Source of the DNA: Octopus vulgaris
Lineage: Eukaryota
Direction: 5' to 3'
DNA length: 64,000 nt
Assembly (NCBI GenBank): GCA_951406725.2
Contig: OX597842.1
Location: forward strand, 15,686,001 to 15,750,000
Part shown: one piece after another, positions 38,201 through 49,299 of the stretch
How the letters are laid out: each line of letters opens with the position of its first letter
Position numbering within the stretch: position 1 is the stretch's first letter
Made by a program: the position numbers and the translations under genes
Notes under the pieces: generated by a model
What the model was told of the DNA's origin: nothing
The model's input: the letters and a program-made list of their open reading frames with translations, nothing else
Database searches by the model: none

Positions 38201-40062
38201 TGATGTTGTCCTGCTTGTATCATTTTCCCGCGGTCATCCCACAGGCGTACTGCTTCTACTTGTTGTTGGTTGGCTCACTTTTTCCTCTACTTTATATTTC
38301 TTCCGTTCCATTTCAGGCTGTGAACTCTTCCTTTCTCTCTTCCTCAACTTGACCTCCACAAACTCCATGTTCTCTTCCACTTCCTGGACCTGACTCTCCA
38401 CCTCCATCACGCTTTCTTGTATGTTTACCTCTGCTTTTTCCATCGTTATTCTGGGGCGCACCATCTTCTAATATGCCCCTTTTCACCACACCCAAGGCAC
38501 TTTGGAGGCCTCCCCACCAACATTACATCCAGTTTGTCTTCATTTAACAGCACCAATGACTCTGGTATTGCCTCGTATAGTTTCTGATCCGCCGCAAAAA
38601 TTATCTCTGACTCGTGTCCCCATCAATTGACTTGTTGGGTCCAGGTTACAATAATTAAACTACTTCGTTGTCTTCTTCCTCTTATGTGGTGAAAAGTGCT
38701 GCTAATATCCACTCTAACTCGATTCTCGGCGGGATCCTGTCCACCCTAATCCTAGTAGATCGTTTACCCTGGTAATTGTGCAGAAGTGTCCATCCCCCCC
38801 CCCCCCCCCGCTACTAACCTTGTGGCGTATCTTTTTGCCACTTCTTCGGAGACAAATGTGACCGCTACTGAACCATATCTTTTTCCTTTTGTAAAATAAT
38901 AAAAAAAACTTTATGTTTTCTTTCAGGTCCTTTAGGCATTCTTCCATCTCCTCCTTCGTGGCGTTCTCAAGTCCCTTATTTTTCTTTTGAAAACGTTTTG
39001 TACTCTATTACTTTATTTTCTCTCCCCGCCTTGTCTTTCTCTGTTGGTGTCAACTTTACGTTTGACCTTTCTCTCTTTACCATATCTTAGTATTTCTGTA
39101 GCAATTTTATATCGCAACATATTTCATTTTGTTCTAGCATGCTTGGGACGACAAAAGCTTGACTCTCCGTTGCTGCCACGTAGCTCTTCCTTTTCGTTAG
39201 TCAGTACCACCCACCAAACAATGATGGTGTTACACTCAAAGAACTGCTGCAAAGCAGCATAAAACAATCCTCAGCACAAAACAATCCTAAGCACACAGCA
39301 ACTCTCACAAAAATCACTCAAACAGCCCTCATCACCGGCTGACAGACACCACGCGTTCCATCACCAATTTGAATTGTCCACCTCACAGTAAAAACGTACG
39401 AAAGAACGCGTAACATGTTTTAAACCAGCCGCATGATCCATGAATTTTATTTCTCATTAGAATCAATTATAGATCCATTAGTGGTTGTCTACTGTAAAAC
39501 AGGAGTACAGTATTTCGATATCGATCAGTAGAATTATATTTATCGGAATATTTCTTCCAATTTTATACTCTCCTTCATAACAACAATATATGCAACGAAT
39601 TTTGCAACAGTTTTCATACATTCCTTTCCCTGAATCTTGCCATAAAGAGTTTTGCTGTAATAAACTAACATAATCAAAGTTCGGATATTGTAAATTAAAG
39701 ATTCCATGAGTCAAAATACACAGATAAATAGTTTACTTGACTTAACGGCAGTTAACATATTTGCCCTTTTTACTCCAACATAACATTATGAGGTATTCAG
39801 AACATTACCAACGAGAATCTAAAGCATTAAATGTGGAAGTAGAAAGTGTCTAATACTTACAAAAATTCAACATTCGGTGGAATGGGTTGCGGGATCAAAG
39901 TCAGTCGCCGATTGTAACAAGATATACGTGTCTGAGAATCATAGCATCTACAAATGCTGCAAATATCTGACACAGCATGAGACTCCAAACAGAAACTCAT
40001 AGAGAGTATCAACACAAACGTCAATTTCAATTGTTGGAACATATTTTCAGGCGTTGATTAAT
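378..40062 (-). CDS. Multi-exon extracellular LRR protein gene (partial; 3' part lies left of the window): signal peptide + LRRNT + at least 8 tandem 24-aa LRRs
   Basis: Nine exons with canonical AG/GT(AAG) sites splice in frame without stops: MFQQLKLTFVLILSMSFCLESHAVSDICSICRCYDSQTRISCYNRRLTLIPQPIPPNVEFL-YLNNNNLNVIKPETFRNLPSLKLL-YLNNNNLKEIQPETFQYLTNLKYL-RLNYNILNQMKTETFRNLTSLKIL-YLNNNNLKEIQPETFQYLTNLYEL-DLSYNDIQAINENTFQSLSSLKTL-DLSFNDIQAINEKTFQNLSSLKTL-NLRDNNIQEIKVGTFQNLSSLTEL-DLSFNDIQAINEKTFQNLSSLTTL. Fits the typical LRR consensus LxxLxLxxNxL/IxxIxxxxFxxL. Family (LGR-type, TLR, LRR-TM, secreted) cannot be assigned without the C-terminus. Confidence 0.88.
480..770. repeat. Degenerate (GAA/GAT)n tract on the acceptor side of LRR exon 8; equivalents at ~2240-2470, 3050-4020, 4520-4810, 6410-6670, 23250-23680, 24190-24800, 30430-30920, 31430-32080
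   Basis: Direct inspection; produces the poly-E/K/S/F ORFs in the track. Confidence 0.95.
770..1810 (+). mobile_element. Tx1/L1-like LINE fragment (ORF1 end + endonuclease start) captured in the duplicated unit; second copy at ~4810-5860
   Basis: Reads IVLLKQGSLNVRG and FRLVAVYAPTN, homologous to the EN domain at 9439 (MVLLKFSSLNVRGL); frameshifted. Confidence 0.75.
2190..2240 (-). pseudogene. Relic of a deleted LRR exon (donor and last ~9 exonic nt only)
   Basis: Plus-strand cggcaatgaaatcc...gatttgcttac-actgttaa resembles the donor flank of real exons (cggcaatgatatac...gatttaacttac, 31191-31230). Minus strand reads TTAACAGT|gtaagc versus TTAACAGAACT|gtaagt in exon 7. It sits at the expected position in the module periodicity. 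Confidence 0.6.
2866..2937 (-). CDS. LRR exon 7 (NLRDNNIQEIKVGTFQNLSSLTEL)
   Basis: 72 nt, ttccag / gtaagt, phase 2-2, no stop. Confidence 0.92.
4420..4491 (-). CDS. LRR exon 6 (DLSFNDIQAINEKTFQNLSSLKTL)
   Basis: 72 nt, ttccag / gtaagt, phase 2-2; visible at the end of ORF 4416..4829. Confidence 0.92.
6309..6380 (-). CDS. LRR exon 5 (DLSYNDIQAINENTFQSLSSLKTL)
   Basis: 72 nt, caccag / gtaagt, phase 2-2; visible at the end of ORF 6305..6769. Confidence 0.92.
6680..8560 (+). mobile_element. Decayed Tx1/L1-like LINE (longer version of the captured fragment; EN to RT N-terminus)
   Basis: EN motifs in ORFs 7399 and 7628 (VAVYAPTN, DFNRIL, WSWANR); KSPSLDGLTYE at ~8440. Confidence 0.8.
8850..12460 (+). 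mobile_element. Decayed Tx1/L1-like LINE: ORF1 remnant, EN (9439-9981), RT (FRPVTLLNADFKIL; SVHQGCSLFSLLY; YADDVT), 3' UTR
   Basis: ORF 9328..9981, ORF 11009..11215 with the YADD motif, GGLGMPWL at ~11605. Confidence 0.88.
12560..14740 (+). mobile_element. Tx1-like LINE with gag-like ORF1 remnant, ORF2 internally deleted, 3' UTR retained
   Basis: SFAAVVK motif, knuckle remnant KPICYLCG at ~13515; ORF1 tail homologous to 770-1250 and 9320-9420; 14460-14740 resembles the 12200-12460 3' end. Confidence 0.65.
15960..16720 (-). mobile_element. Penelope-like element remnant (GIY-YIG endonuclease, CGRPNC motif)
   Basis: ORFs 16254..16451 (CGRPNCEIF...NLIYVLT) and 15975..16232 (GQTKSLRRRMALHRSQI...ETLFIEKYRPLLN). 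Confidence 0.8.
17573..18010 (+). mobile_element. Mariner transposon 5' fragment
   Basis: aataatgcggttttttcaa TIR-like start shared with the 19284 element; GQWVPHELSE motif at ~17920. Confidence 0.75.
18024..18661 (+). mobile_element. Non-autonomous Helitron
   Basis: A|TC start, 3' hairpin cccg-agcaacgc-cggg followed by CTAG|T end (AT target, no TSD). Confidence 0.85.
19284..20056 (+). mobile_element. Internally deleted mariner element with both TIRs and TA flanks
   Basis: Left ttgggtcattccataaataatgcggttttt versus right revcomp ttgagtcatcccacaaataatgcacttttt; HTH remnant LYEFNKGNNAT; HQDNA and APSDNHLFRSL motifs. Confidence 0.85.
23991..24062 (-). CDS. LRR exon 4 (YLNNNNLKEIQPETFQYLTNLYEL)
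   Basis: 72 nt, ttccag / gtaagt, phase 2-2; positional duplicate of exon 2. Confidence 0.92.
25157..25228 (-). CDS. LRR exon 3 (RLNYNILNQMKTETFRNLTSLKIL)
   Basis: 72 nt, ttccag / gtaagt, phase 2-2; positional duplicate of exon 1. Confidence 0.92.
25843..26690 (+). mobile_element. Decayed mariner element (copy in lower Y block; right end replaced)
   Basis: tacgagggg TIR; KVITGDES first catalytic D; homologous to 33122-34016. Confidence 0.75.
31231..31302 (-). CDS. LRR exon 2 (YLNNNNLKEIQPETFQYLTNLKYL)
   Basis: 72 nt, ttccag / gtaagt, phase 2-2, no stop. Confidence 0.92.
32436..32507 (-). CDS. LRR exon 1 (YLNNNNLNVIKPETFRNLPSLKLL)
   Basis: 72 nt, ttccag acceptor / gtaagt donor, phase 2-2, no stop. 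Confidence 0.92.
33122..34016 (+). mobile_element. Decayed mariner element with both TIRs
   Basis: Left tacgaggggatatactaaagtaaccgtaa versus right revcomp tacgacggagtgcccaaaagaaaccgtaa; ISGDESWYYG motif. Confidence 0.8.
37750..39350 (-). mobile_element. Probable retroelement ORF1/gag-like remnant in the first coding intron
   Basis: Charged coiled-coil ORF 38234..38464, multiple stops; class not identifiable. Confidence 0.35.
39861..40042 (-). CDS. First coding exon: signal peptide + cysteine-rich LRR N-cap
   Basis: ATG at 40042; hydrophobic leader LTFVLILSMSFC; C-x2-C-x-C-x8-C cap followed by LTLIPQPIP. Ends phase 2 (TT|gtaagt, plus-strand acttac 39855-39860). Upstream acceptor tcttacag at 40063-40070 implies a 5'UTR intron. 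Confidence 0.9.
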
Positions 40063-40899
40063 CTGTAAGAGAAGAAAATACAAAATACCAGAAACTTCAA
40101 TGTCAATTCTTTCCCATTGCAAATTCTTCGTAGGACAAGCATTGGCCCTTTTCCATGAGATGACTTTATCTTTGATTTCACTTTCAGATTAATATTTACA
40201 CTTAGGAAACTGAATTCAATTATAATTCAAAGTGGTGAACATAATAGATTATAGCTTTAATAAGTGATAATGTCGAAGACAAACAGAACATCAATCGCTC
40301 CTGCATACACACGCAAACACACACAGACACACATACACACATATACTCATGGGTGTGTGTGTGTGTAATGTTCTTTCTATGTTGTTCTCCTTTCATTCAA
40401 CATTTCCTCTCCCGTCAGACTCCATGGAGATATCGTGGGAAGTTGCTGCAACTGACCAACTCTCTATCAACAGCCTTCCACTCAGCTTTCTACCCTCAAT
40501 TGAAGAAACTGAAGTGACATCTGTTGATAACACCACAACCCCATCTACAACAACGCCATGAACAGCTGAGGACCCCTACACCTGAACATTGGCAGCGGGA
40601 ATATTTGCTCCCTGATTCCACGGAAGAGCAAGCTCTTCCCAAATTTCCTGCTTCCCAAACCAACAACAACAACAATCTAAATTCTTCTTTCGATCAAACC
40701 TCTCCATATTGCACAGACTCGTTGATTGTAGTGGCTGTGGTGGTGGTCATCTTCATCGTCGTCTTGGTGGTGCTGGGCGTGAATATCAACGGGGGTAGGG
40801 CCTTCAGAATTGCCACGGTTTACACATTAACAGGAGCTGGAAACACAGATTTCTTCAATCTCGCACTTTATTACTTGTAAGAGACTAGATTAGAATTTG

Positions 40900-41370
40900 A
40901 CAGATGGAAGAACTGTGTAGGGCTAGTAGTACATTATGAGAGGAATGTGAACCCTCGAAAATCTGCTTAAAATCTTCCAGCTGTCTGCAGGATTACCCTC
41001 TGTATGGCGGCTTAGGAAAGCTCTGGGTGTTGATGCTCAGACACACGGTGAGATTGCGACAACTGCAACGATTTCTTGACGATGAACGTGTGTGGACTCT
41101 GTAAAGCACTTTTCCTTGACTAGGCTGCAGTCCTAGTTGAAGCGAAGCCAGAAATTCTCTGCCTGATGCCTAGAATGTCAGACGAGCACGCATTTATTGA
41201 GTGTCCGAGCATGATAATGAAGGAAGAGCTAGTAACTGCTGGCATCACTGTACGGAATGAGTGGAGGATATTCCACTGTGACTGACACATGAGAAAACAA
41301 TTTTACTGTTGACGGATGCGTCAAAGGATAATGTGGTTCAGACAATCGACCAATAACACATTTACCAATC
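40900..41370 (+). mobile_element. Tx1-like LINE 3' fragment
   Basis: GGLGKLWVLMLRHTVRLRQLQRFLDDERVW homologous to 11605-11700; HAFIECP zinc-finger remnant. Confidence 0.7.
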
Positions 41371-41399
41371 ATGTGGTAACTGGTGACAGAAGTAATAAC

Positions 41400-43460
41400 T
41401 GAAGAATTGTAGACATTTTTAGATTATGAAAGATTTTTATCAGACGAGAAGAAATGTTGTAAACACAGGTCAAGTGGGACAAAAGATTAGGTGTTAATAG
41501 ACATGATAATATTAAGGAATTGTAGAAGAAGGTTAAGGGGACTAAGAGTGGTCTGCCTAGATTACAAAAAGACCTATGACATGATCCCTTCCAATTGGAT
41601 AAGGAAATATATGTGGTCATTTTAAGTGGTAGAAAGTGTACAAAGACTGCTAAAATGAGTTACCGTCTGTAGGAAGGTCATTGGATACAGTGAACATCAG
41701 AGGAGGAATATTTCAGGGAGATAATCTATCACCACACTTCTTTGTGTAACTACTAATACCTCTGTCGATGGTTTTGAGAAATGGTAAAGCTGGATAAAAT
41801 TTGGGAAATGGAGTGGAAGTGATTAACTGCCTACAATACATGGACGATTTATAGGAAAAATCGAGATGAAATTAGCTCATTTGTGAACACAGTAAGTATT
41901 TTCAGTTGTGATATACGCAGGGAATTTATCATGAATAAATGTATTACTTGGTATTGAAGAGAGAGAAGATAAAGCAGAGTGAACGACTAGAAATCAAATA
42001 ATCCACCAAAAGTTTGTCGAATTTTAGAATCAGATACCAACAAAAACAGAGAAATGAAGGAAACCATTTTGACGGAGCATTTCAGAAGGATCAAGTTGAT
42101 ACTGAAATTTAAGTTGAATTCTAGAAACATTGTAAAATTAAACAAGTAAAGTAAAAGTTATATGGAAAACATTTGCACATTCAGTTTATAAAGAACAGAC
42201 GCAGAAGACACTTGAAATTGGTTGAAAAGGAGATTTTTTCAATAAAGAGACAGAAGGATTAATAATGGCAGCTCATGATGAAGATGATGATGATGATGAA
42301 GATGATGATGAAGATGATGACAATAATAATAATGATAATAATAATAATAACAACAAATATAAACAAGAATCCATACCACCTAACAAATATGAAGAAGAAG
42401 AAGAAGACGAAGAAGAAGAAGAAGAAGAAGAAGAAGGAGGAGGAGAAGAAGAAGAAGAAGAAGAAGAAGAAGAAGAAGAAGGAGGAGGAGGAGAAGAAGA
42501 AGAAGAAGAAGAAGAAGAAGAAGAAGAAGAAAAAGAAGAAAAAGAAGAAGAAAACACAACAAAAGCTATAAAACAAATGAAATTCAAACAGCAACGGACC
42601 ATGATAAAACGATGGAAAGAAAAGCCTCTTCATGGCAAATACTGGACCGAACTAAATGCAAAAGAAATAGACAAAGAAAAACCCCAGCAATGGTTGAGAA
42701 GCTCAGGACTCAAAGCAGAGACGGAAGGATTTTTAGATGCAGCACAAGACCAAAGCCTCCCCACCAGAAATTACCAAAAACATGTAATGAAAAGAAATAT
42801 TACAAGTAACTGCAGAATATGTGGAGATGGACAAGAAACAATAAATCATATTATCTCTGGCTGCCCAGTCCTGGCTAAGAAGGAATATATTCACAAACAC
42901 GACAGAGTTGGGACCTACATACACTGGAAGCTATGCCAACATTATGGAATAACAACGAAAAAAGATAGTATAGGCACATACCAGAAAAGGTCACAGAAAA
43001 CGAGAAAGCAACCATACTCTGAGATATGCCGATGCACACAGATATAGAAATTAAGGCCAACAGACCATATATAGTTGTCAGAGATCATGAAGAAAAACAT
43101 GCTTTCTAATTGATGTATCAATACCAGCAGATGACAACGTTCCTCTAAAAGAAATGGAGAAACTTTCAAAATACAAAGACCTGGAAATAGAGGTAACTAG
43201 CACGTGGAATCTAAAAACAGAAACAATTCTTATCATAGTAGGTGCATTAGGCATGATAACAAATATTCAGACAAATATATAACAAAAACACCAGGACTTA
43301 CAAACACATATAACATACAGAAAATTGCATTACTAGACACTGCACACATCCTACGCAGAACACTTTCAATAGAGTAACCATCAGAGCACCACAACAAATC
43401 ACAACACATACCCAAGCCACACAGAGCTGCACTCGGTAGTGAAGTGAATGCCCACTATAA
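41400..43460 (+). mobile_element. R4/Dong-like non-LTR retrotransposon (RT, CCHC, restriction-like endonuclease) interrupted by a GAT/AAT/GAA microsatellite at 42265-42560; (AAT)n tail 43465-43565
   Basis: GIFQGDNLSP, YMDD, CRICGDGQETINHIISGCPVLAKKEY, RPYIVV...IDVSIP...KYKDL. Confidence 0.88.
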
Positions 43461-43471
43461 AAATAAAACTA

Positions 43472-43565
<94 letters not shown>

Positions 43566-43825
43566 CTCAGACTTGGTGGAGGGATTACATCGGCCCTAGT
43601 GCGTAATGGTTAGTTATTTAATCGACCCCGAAAGGATAAATGGCAAAGTCTACTTTGGTGGAATTTGAACTCAAAACGTAGCAGCAGACAAAATACCGCT
43701 AAGCATTTCCCCCCGTTGTGTTAAGGATTCTGCCAATTCAACGACTTAATAATAATAATAATAATACTAATAATCATAGTAATATTAGTAGTAGCAGCAG
43801 CAGCAGCAGTACTAGTAGTAGTAGC

Positions 43826-43886
<61 letters not shown>

Positions 43887-44103
43887 ATATTGAGAAGAAG
43901 ACGAAGAAGAAAAATCCGTTTTACTTTAGGCACAATTTCTGTAATGTGGGAGGGGGACCAGTCGATTAGATCTAGACCAGTACACAACTGGTATTTAATT
44001 TATCGACCTCGAAAGGCAAAGTCGACCTCGGCGGAATTTGAACTCAGAAGACAATGACGGACAAATACCCAGCGTGTTAACGATTCTAGCAGAATTATTA
44101 TTA

Positions 44104-44183
<80 letters not shown>

Positions 44184-44229
44184 TTTGCACAACTTCTAAC
44201 GCTGGGGATGTACTACGTTGTCAGCTGTT

Positions 44230-47050
44230 CACTCCCAGTGAACTAATGTACCACCTCTTCCAGAGTATTCGAGCAGTTCCCAGCAGTGTTGTTTTCTGCA
44301 AGTGCTCCACCCTTATTGCATCCCCTATTTATTCCATGTACTTCTCGAGGTTTTTGCTCACTGTTCCTAGGGCTCTGACAATTATTGGTACTACTGCTAC
44401 TTTTTTCATCGACCATAACTGCTTAACTTCCCGAGCTGCCTTGTCATATCTATCGAATTTTCTCTCTTCTTTATCGCATACCTTGCTGTCAACTGGACAT
44501 GCTATATCTATGATCCAGCATAGTTTGTTTTCTTTCTCAATTAAGACTATGCCTGGCTTCCTATTCTCTATCTCATCGTCGCACTGAATCATGAAAATCC
44601 ATAGGATCTTTGCAGCTTTATTTTCGATGATGCCTTCGGGTTTGTAGTCGTATAAGTTTTTTGCTTTAAGTTCCTACTTGTTGCAAATTGTCCAGTTGAC
44701 AAGTCTGGCTATATTGTCGTGGTGTCTGTTATATTCCTTCTGGGCTAGTGGCGTACACTGGCTGCTAATATGCCATACACTATCACCATTATGTCCACAG
44801 CCATCTTTTTTCTCTGTCTGCCTATCATCCCTATGAAATTGACCATGCATTCTTTTCTTTACCCACCTATTTTCCGTTTCCTTCGTTTTCCTTTCCTTGT
44901 ACAGTGTTTTATCTTTGCAATCTTTCATCCTACACATGCCGGACCTTCTTACGACAAATAATAGCCGTTCTTTGACATACCATGCTATGTTTTTCTTCTG
45001 CTCTAATGCTGTGTTCGCATCCAATAAGTCCTCTTCCCACTTTTTTCTTTGGTACACACAGTCTTTTTCTGTCAATTTTTGGGTGGAGTGTCCCATATCT
45101 AGTTAGCAAATTCCTTATCTTTCTGTCTAAGTTATTTAGCTCTCCTACTGTCCATCCGATCACCCTGCTCCATATCAAAGCAGTGAAACGGCCCGAGTGT
45201 TGATAGCTTCAATCTTATTCCGTATGTTTAATTTCGACTTAAGGATCAGTCTCAGTCTGCGCAGACACTCCACCTTAAATGTTTGTGTCATTTTCTTCTC
45301 CATCAATTTATTCATTTCCAAAATCTCCAAGTAATTATAGCCCCTGTCTTCTATCTGCTTCATAACCTCCCCTGACGGTATCGTTAGTCCGTCCATACAT
45401 TTGATTTTGCCTCTCTTCAAGACAAACACACCAGTCTTTCTCAGTCCGAACTTCGTTCTTATATCAGCACTGAAAGTATACACCGTATCAACGAGGGAAC
45501 TGACATGGGCTTCATCTTTACCATAAAGTTTGACGCCATCAATAAATAACTCTTTGTTGGCGGCTTTTGAATACATAATCTGCTTTTGCTTTCCTCAGAA
45601 TCAGAGTTAATGGTATTAATCACAGAACAAAGATCAGTGGGGACAGGCAGTCCCCTTGGAAGTTACCCCTCCTAATTTCTACTGTCCCTAAAACTCTTCT
45701 GTATGCTGTCAGGTCCGTCCTCCAATTCGCCATACTTTTTCCAAGCAGTTGCTCAACATTTGATGCAATACCAAATAGGTTCATACATTCCATAATCCAA
45801 GAATGTGGGATCATCCCGTACGTCTCACGATAGTCGATCCATGACATGGCTAACTTAGTTTTCCTTCTCTTGCAGTCTCTAAGTACAGTTTTGTCTATCA
45901 GGATTTGATCCTTGGTACATCTGCACTTACGCTTGCAACGCTTCTGTTCATGTGACAGGACTCCATTTTTTCCAGATGTTCATACATTGACTCTGCGACT
46001 ATTCCAGTCAATAACTTCCACATAAGTCGCAAACAGGATATCGGCCCCTAATTGTCTTTTTTCGATGATTTTCAAGCACGGAACAGTCCTACCCAATGTC
46101 AACCTCACTGGTGTTATTGGTCGGCATTTAACAAGGTGTTGAATTGTGCAGCTATTCGTGCACGATTTACACCGATCCTTTTGATCCAGAAGCCTTGAAG
46201 TACATCTGGTCCCGGGACCTTCCAGTTGCTCATTCTTTTGTTGATTTCCTTCCCTTCCCGAACTGAAATGACTACTTCTGCCTGTTTCGGACAGACTACT
46301 GTTTGTTTCAGTTCTTGCAACCATTCAGCATCCTTCTTGTGCTCCCTGTTACTCCGAAGCCTTTGACTTTTAATGTTATCTGGTTTCAACTTTTCATCTG
46401 TATACTCTCCCTGTATTTCTTTATAGAATCTCTTCTGATCTACTCTGAATAACCTAGTCTGGCGGTAACTCTTCGTTCTTTGGTCGTATCTTACCATCTT
46501 TTTCTTCTTGGCAACGAGGTGCTGTTTCAATTCCTTCTTTACTACTTTCAGGCCTTTTCTTTCAATATTATGCTTCCCCTTTAGCGCCCTGTATTTTTGT
46601 TCACTTTTAAGCTCCCCTTTCTCTTTTCGGTCTCCCACAGAGATTTCCTTCGAGAGCATGTCTAATCCTGGCTGTATTCTTCTTTTCCACCAAGGATCTT
46701 TTCTTTTGTCACTCCCATTATGTTTCTTTTTCTTGACCTCGACACCCACGTTTTCTGCTACAACAATACTTGCTGCCTTGATCAAATTATTTGTTTCTGT
46801 GATGTTGTTTGTTCTGATGTATTTAAGAATTTCATTGATATTTTTCGTTTCTTAGTTCAATTTCTATCGATGAAGGTTTTTTTAACGTTGGAAATAATGT
46901 CGCTATCGTTCTCCTGTAGTCTTCCCTTTATTCTGTAGTAGTTTGCCTTTTCTTCATCTATCATGTCACAATTAGTTTTATTGTCTTCTTACAAACCATC
47001 TATATGTCTCTCATCAAGTAAACTACCACTGCGCCTTCCCTATGCTCTCC
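44230..47050 (-). mobile_element. R4/Dong-like non-LTR retrotransposon, decayed, with (AAT)n tail at 44095-44180
   Basis: ORFs 46114, 45620 (IDY...[17 protein letters not shown]), 45175, 44674, 44329 (KPGIVL...IDIACP...YD). Confidence 0.9.
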
Positions 47051-47390
47051 ATATCAGAATGGGACCGCCACACACAGCGTAGATGGAGCGGAGCAAGCAA
47101 TCTAATGCTGTGGTCATGGAGTGTTACTAACAGAGCAGCCCGGTAGAATAAAAATGGAGCTCAAATTAGGGGTTACCGACGACGTATGTATGATCATTGT
47201 AGAGAAAAGTGATTGTTCCAACTAACGGAACAGATACTATGAGATCAAGCTACAGTAATAAGAAAAAAATCGTTGGTTCACAGAGGTGGAGCTCGAAGCT
47301 ATATAAGAGACGGGTCTTGGAAAATAGCAGCAGAGATAGCAATGAAAATTATTATTATTATTATTTTTTTTTTTATTATTATTATTATTA

Positions 47391-47518
<128 letters not shown>

Positions 47519-47523
47519 CATTA

Positions 47524-47573
<50 letters not shown>

Positions 47574-49019
47574 TAGTCGGCGATCTGGCAGGATCCTTAG
47601 CACACCGGGCGAAATGCTTAGCGGTATTTCATCTGCTTTACATCCGAAGTTTAAATTCCGCCGGGATCGACTTTGCCTTTCATCCTTTCAGGGTCGATAA
47701 ATTAATAATTTAAGTACGAGTTTCGCATTAGGGTCGATGTAATCGAGTTGACCCCTTCCTCCCAAATATGAAAATATGAGATTTGTGTTTCACGTACAAA
47801 GGATTACTGTTATTATTGTTTATGCATTAATGAGGGTTGGGATTTGTTTTGTTTTGTATTTTTATTTGTGTTTTACCCCTACCCGCTGTTACACTCGATT
47901 CCCACTAATTCTCCACAAACTCACCCTTCACAACTAGGGATCCAACTCCTAAGCATGTAAGACCGAAAAGCGGGGGTATCTTTGAGGATGGAAATTTGAT
48001 ACAGAAATTGGAATTTGACCAACAGGCAGATGCCGCTTTACATTTTGGTGAACCAGCATCTGATGGCGGGAACGAGCAGACTTGTGGCGATGACCTACCC
48101 TGTCAAATGCTTTGGGTTGATTCAAATTGACCAGAGTCTTTCCAATAATCAGATCTATTCTCGGTTCCCTTCTATGATTTTTGCCATATGGAAATTTAAT
48201 TCCGAAGGCAGATTATCCAATCCTGGTGATTTAATCCCCTCACAGCGGAACAGTATTTCTGGCACTTCATCTGCTGAAATTAGTTTTTCACAACCCTTAG
48301 TCTCCCAGTCCGATTGTTGCGGCAAATCATGGAATTAGGCCTTAAAGCCCGCTGTCTCAAGTATATCGCTCTTCGAGAACAGTTTAACGAAATGCTACGG
48401 AAACATGGCGCTCAGTTACTCGGAATCGGAGAGCACAAGATCGCTGCGTTCTGCTACTGACATAATTCTTGCTGCAATGGTTAACTGTGCCTCTACCACA
48501 CGGGCCCCACCGACAATATTTGAGCTTGCATGTTCCAGAGAGTCCACTGTAGCCCAAATAATGTACCCTTCGTGTTTAGCGTCGAAAAAATGGTCGAGAT
48601 CCATTCTCACCGCCAGCACGTACTTTGCTATCCCTTTCATCTCCTATGTGCCTCTTCTAAACTATTTAGTTTATTTTCTATCCTTTTATTCTTGTATTTG
48701 GTTCAGTCAATTAACTCCCACCATGCTGGAGCATCGCTTTCAGTAGAAACAAATTGATCACAGGATTTATTCTTTGTAAGGCTAGTACTTATTCTATCGG
48801 TTTCTTTTTATGAACCACTGGTTTACGGGGACCTAAACACACCAACATCGGTTGTCAATAGATGGTGGGGGACAAACACACACACACACACACACACACA
48901 TACATATAAGTGTACACACAGACAGACACAGACAGACAGACACACACACACATTTATATTTCTTTTTTTTTATATTTCTTTACTACCCACAAGTGAATAA
49001 ACACAGAGGGGACAAACAA

Positions 49020-49192
49020 GGACACAGAAACGGATTAAGTCGATTACATCGACCTCAGTGCGTAACAGGTACTTAATTTATCGACCTCGAAAGGATGAAA
49101 GGCAAAGTCGACCTCGGAAGAATTTGAACTCGGAACGTAGCGACAGACGAAATACGGCTACACATTTCGCCCGGCGTGCGAACGTTTCGCCC

Positions 49193-49195
<3 letters not shown>
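49020..49195 (+). mobile_element. Abundant SINE-like repeat (gtcgattacatcgacc...gaaaggatgaaaggcaaagtcgacctcggcggaatttgaactc); further copies at ~22330, 29600, 36790, 43565, 43945, 47570(-), 54095, 55560, 55715, 59260(-), 59460(-)
   Basis: At least 11 recognisable diverged copies within the window. Confidence 0.85.
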
Positions 49196-49224
<29 letters not shown>

Positions 49225-49299
49225 GGGGATTGATGTACCACGGACTTCTTTTCAGTTTCCGCCTACCAAATGCACTCAGAAGGATTTGGTAGAACAGAT

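Noticed and set aside
39478-39714. ORF next to the first coding exon as a possible extra LRR exon
   Set aside because: No LxxLxLxxN pattern and no 72-nt AG/GT-bounded unit
40524-40880. Hydrophobic stretch as the TM domain of the LRR protein
   Set aside because: Opposite strand and upstream of the start codon
42265-43047. 260-aa acidic ORF, longest plausible-looking CDS
   Set aside because: Microsatellite fused in frame to an R4-like retrotransposon remnant; not a host gene
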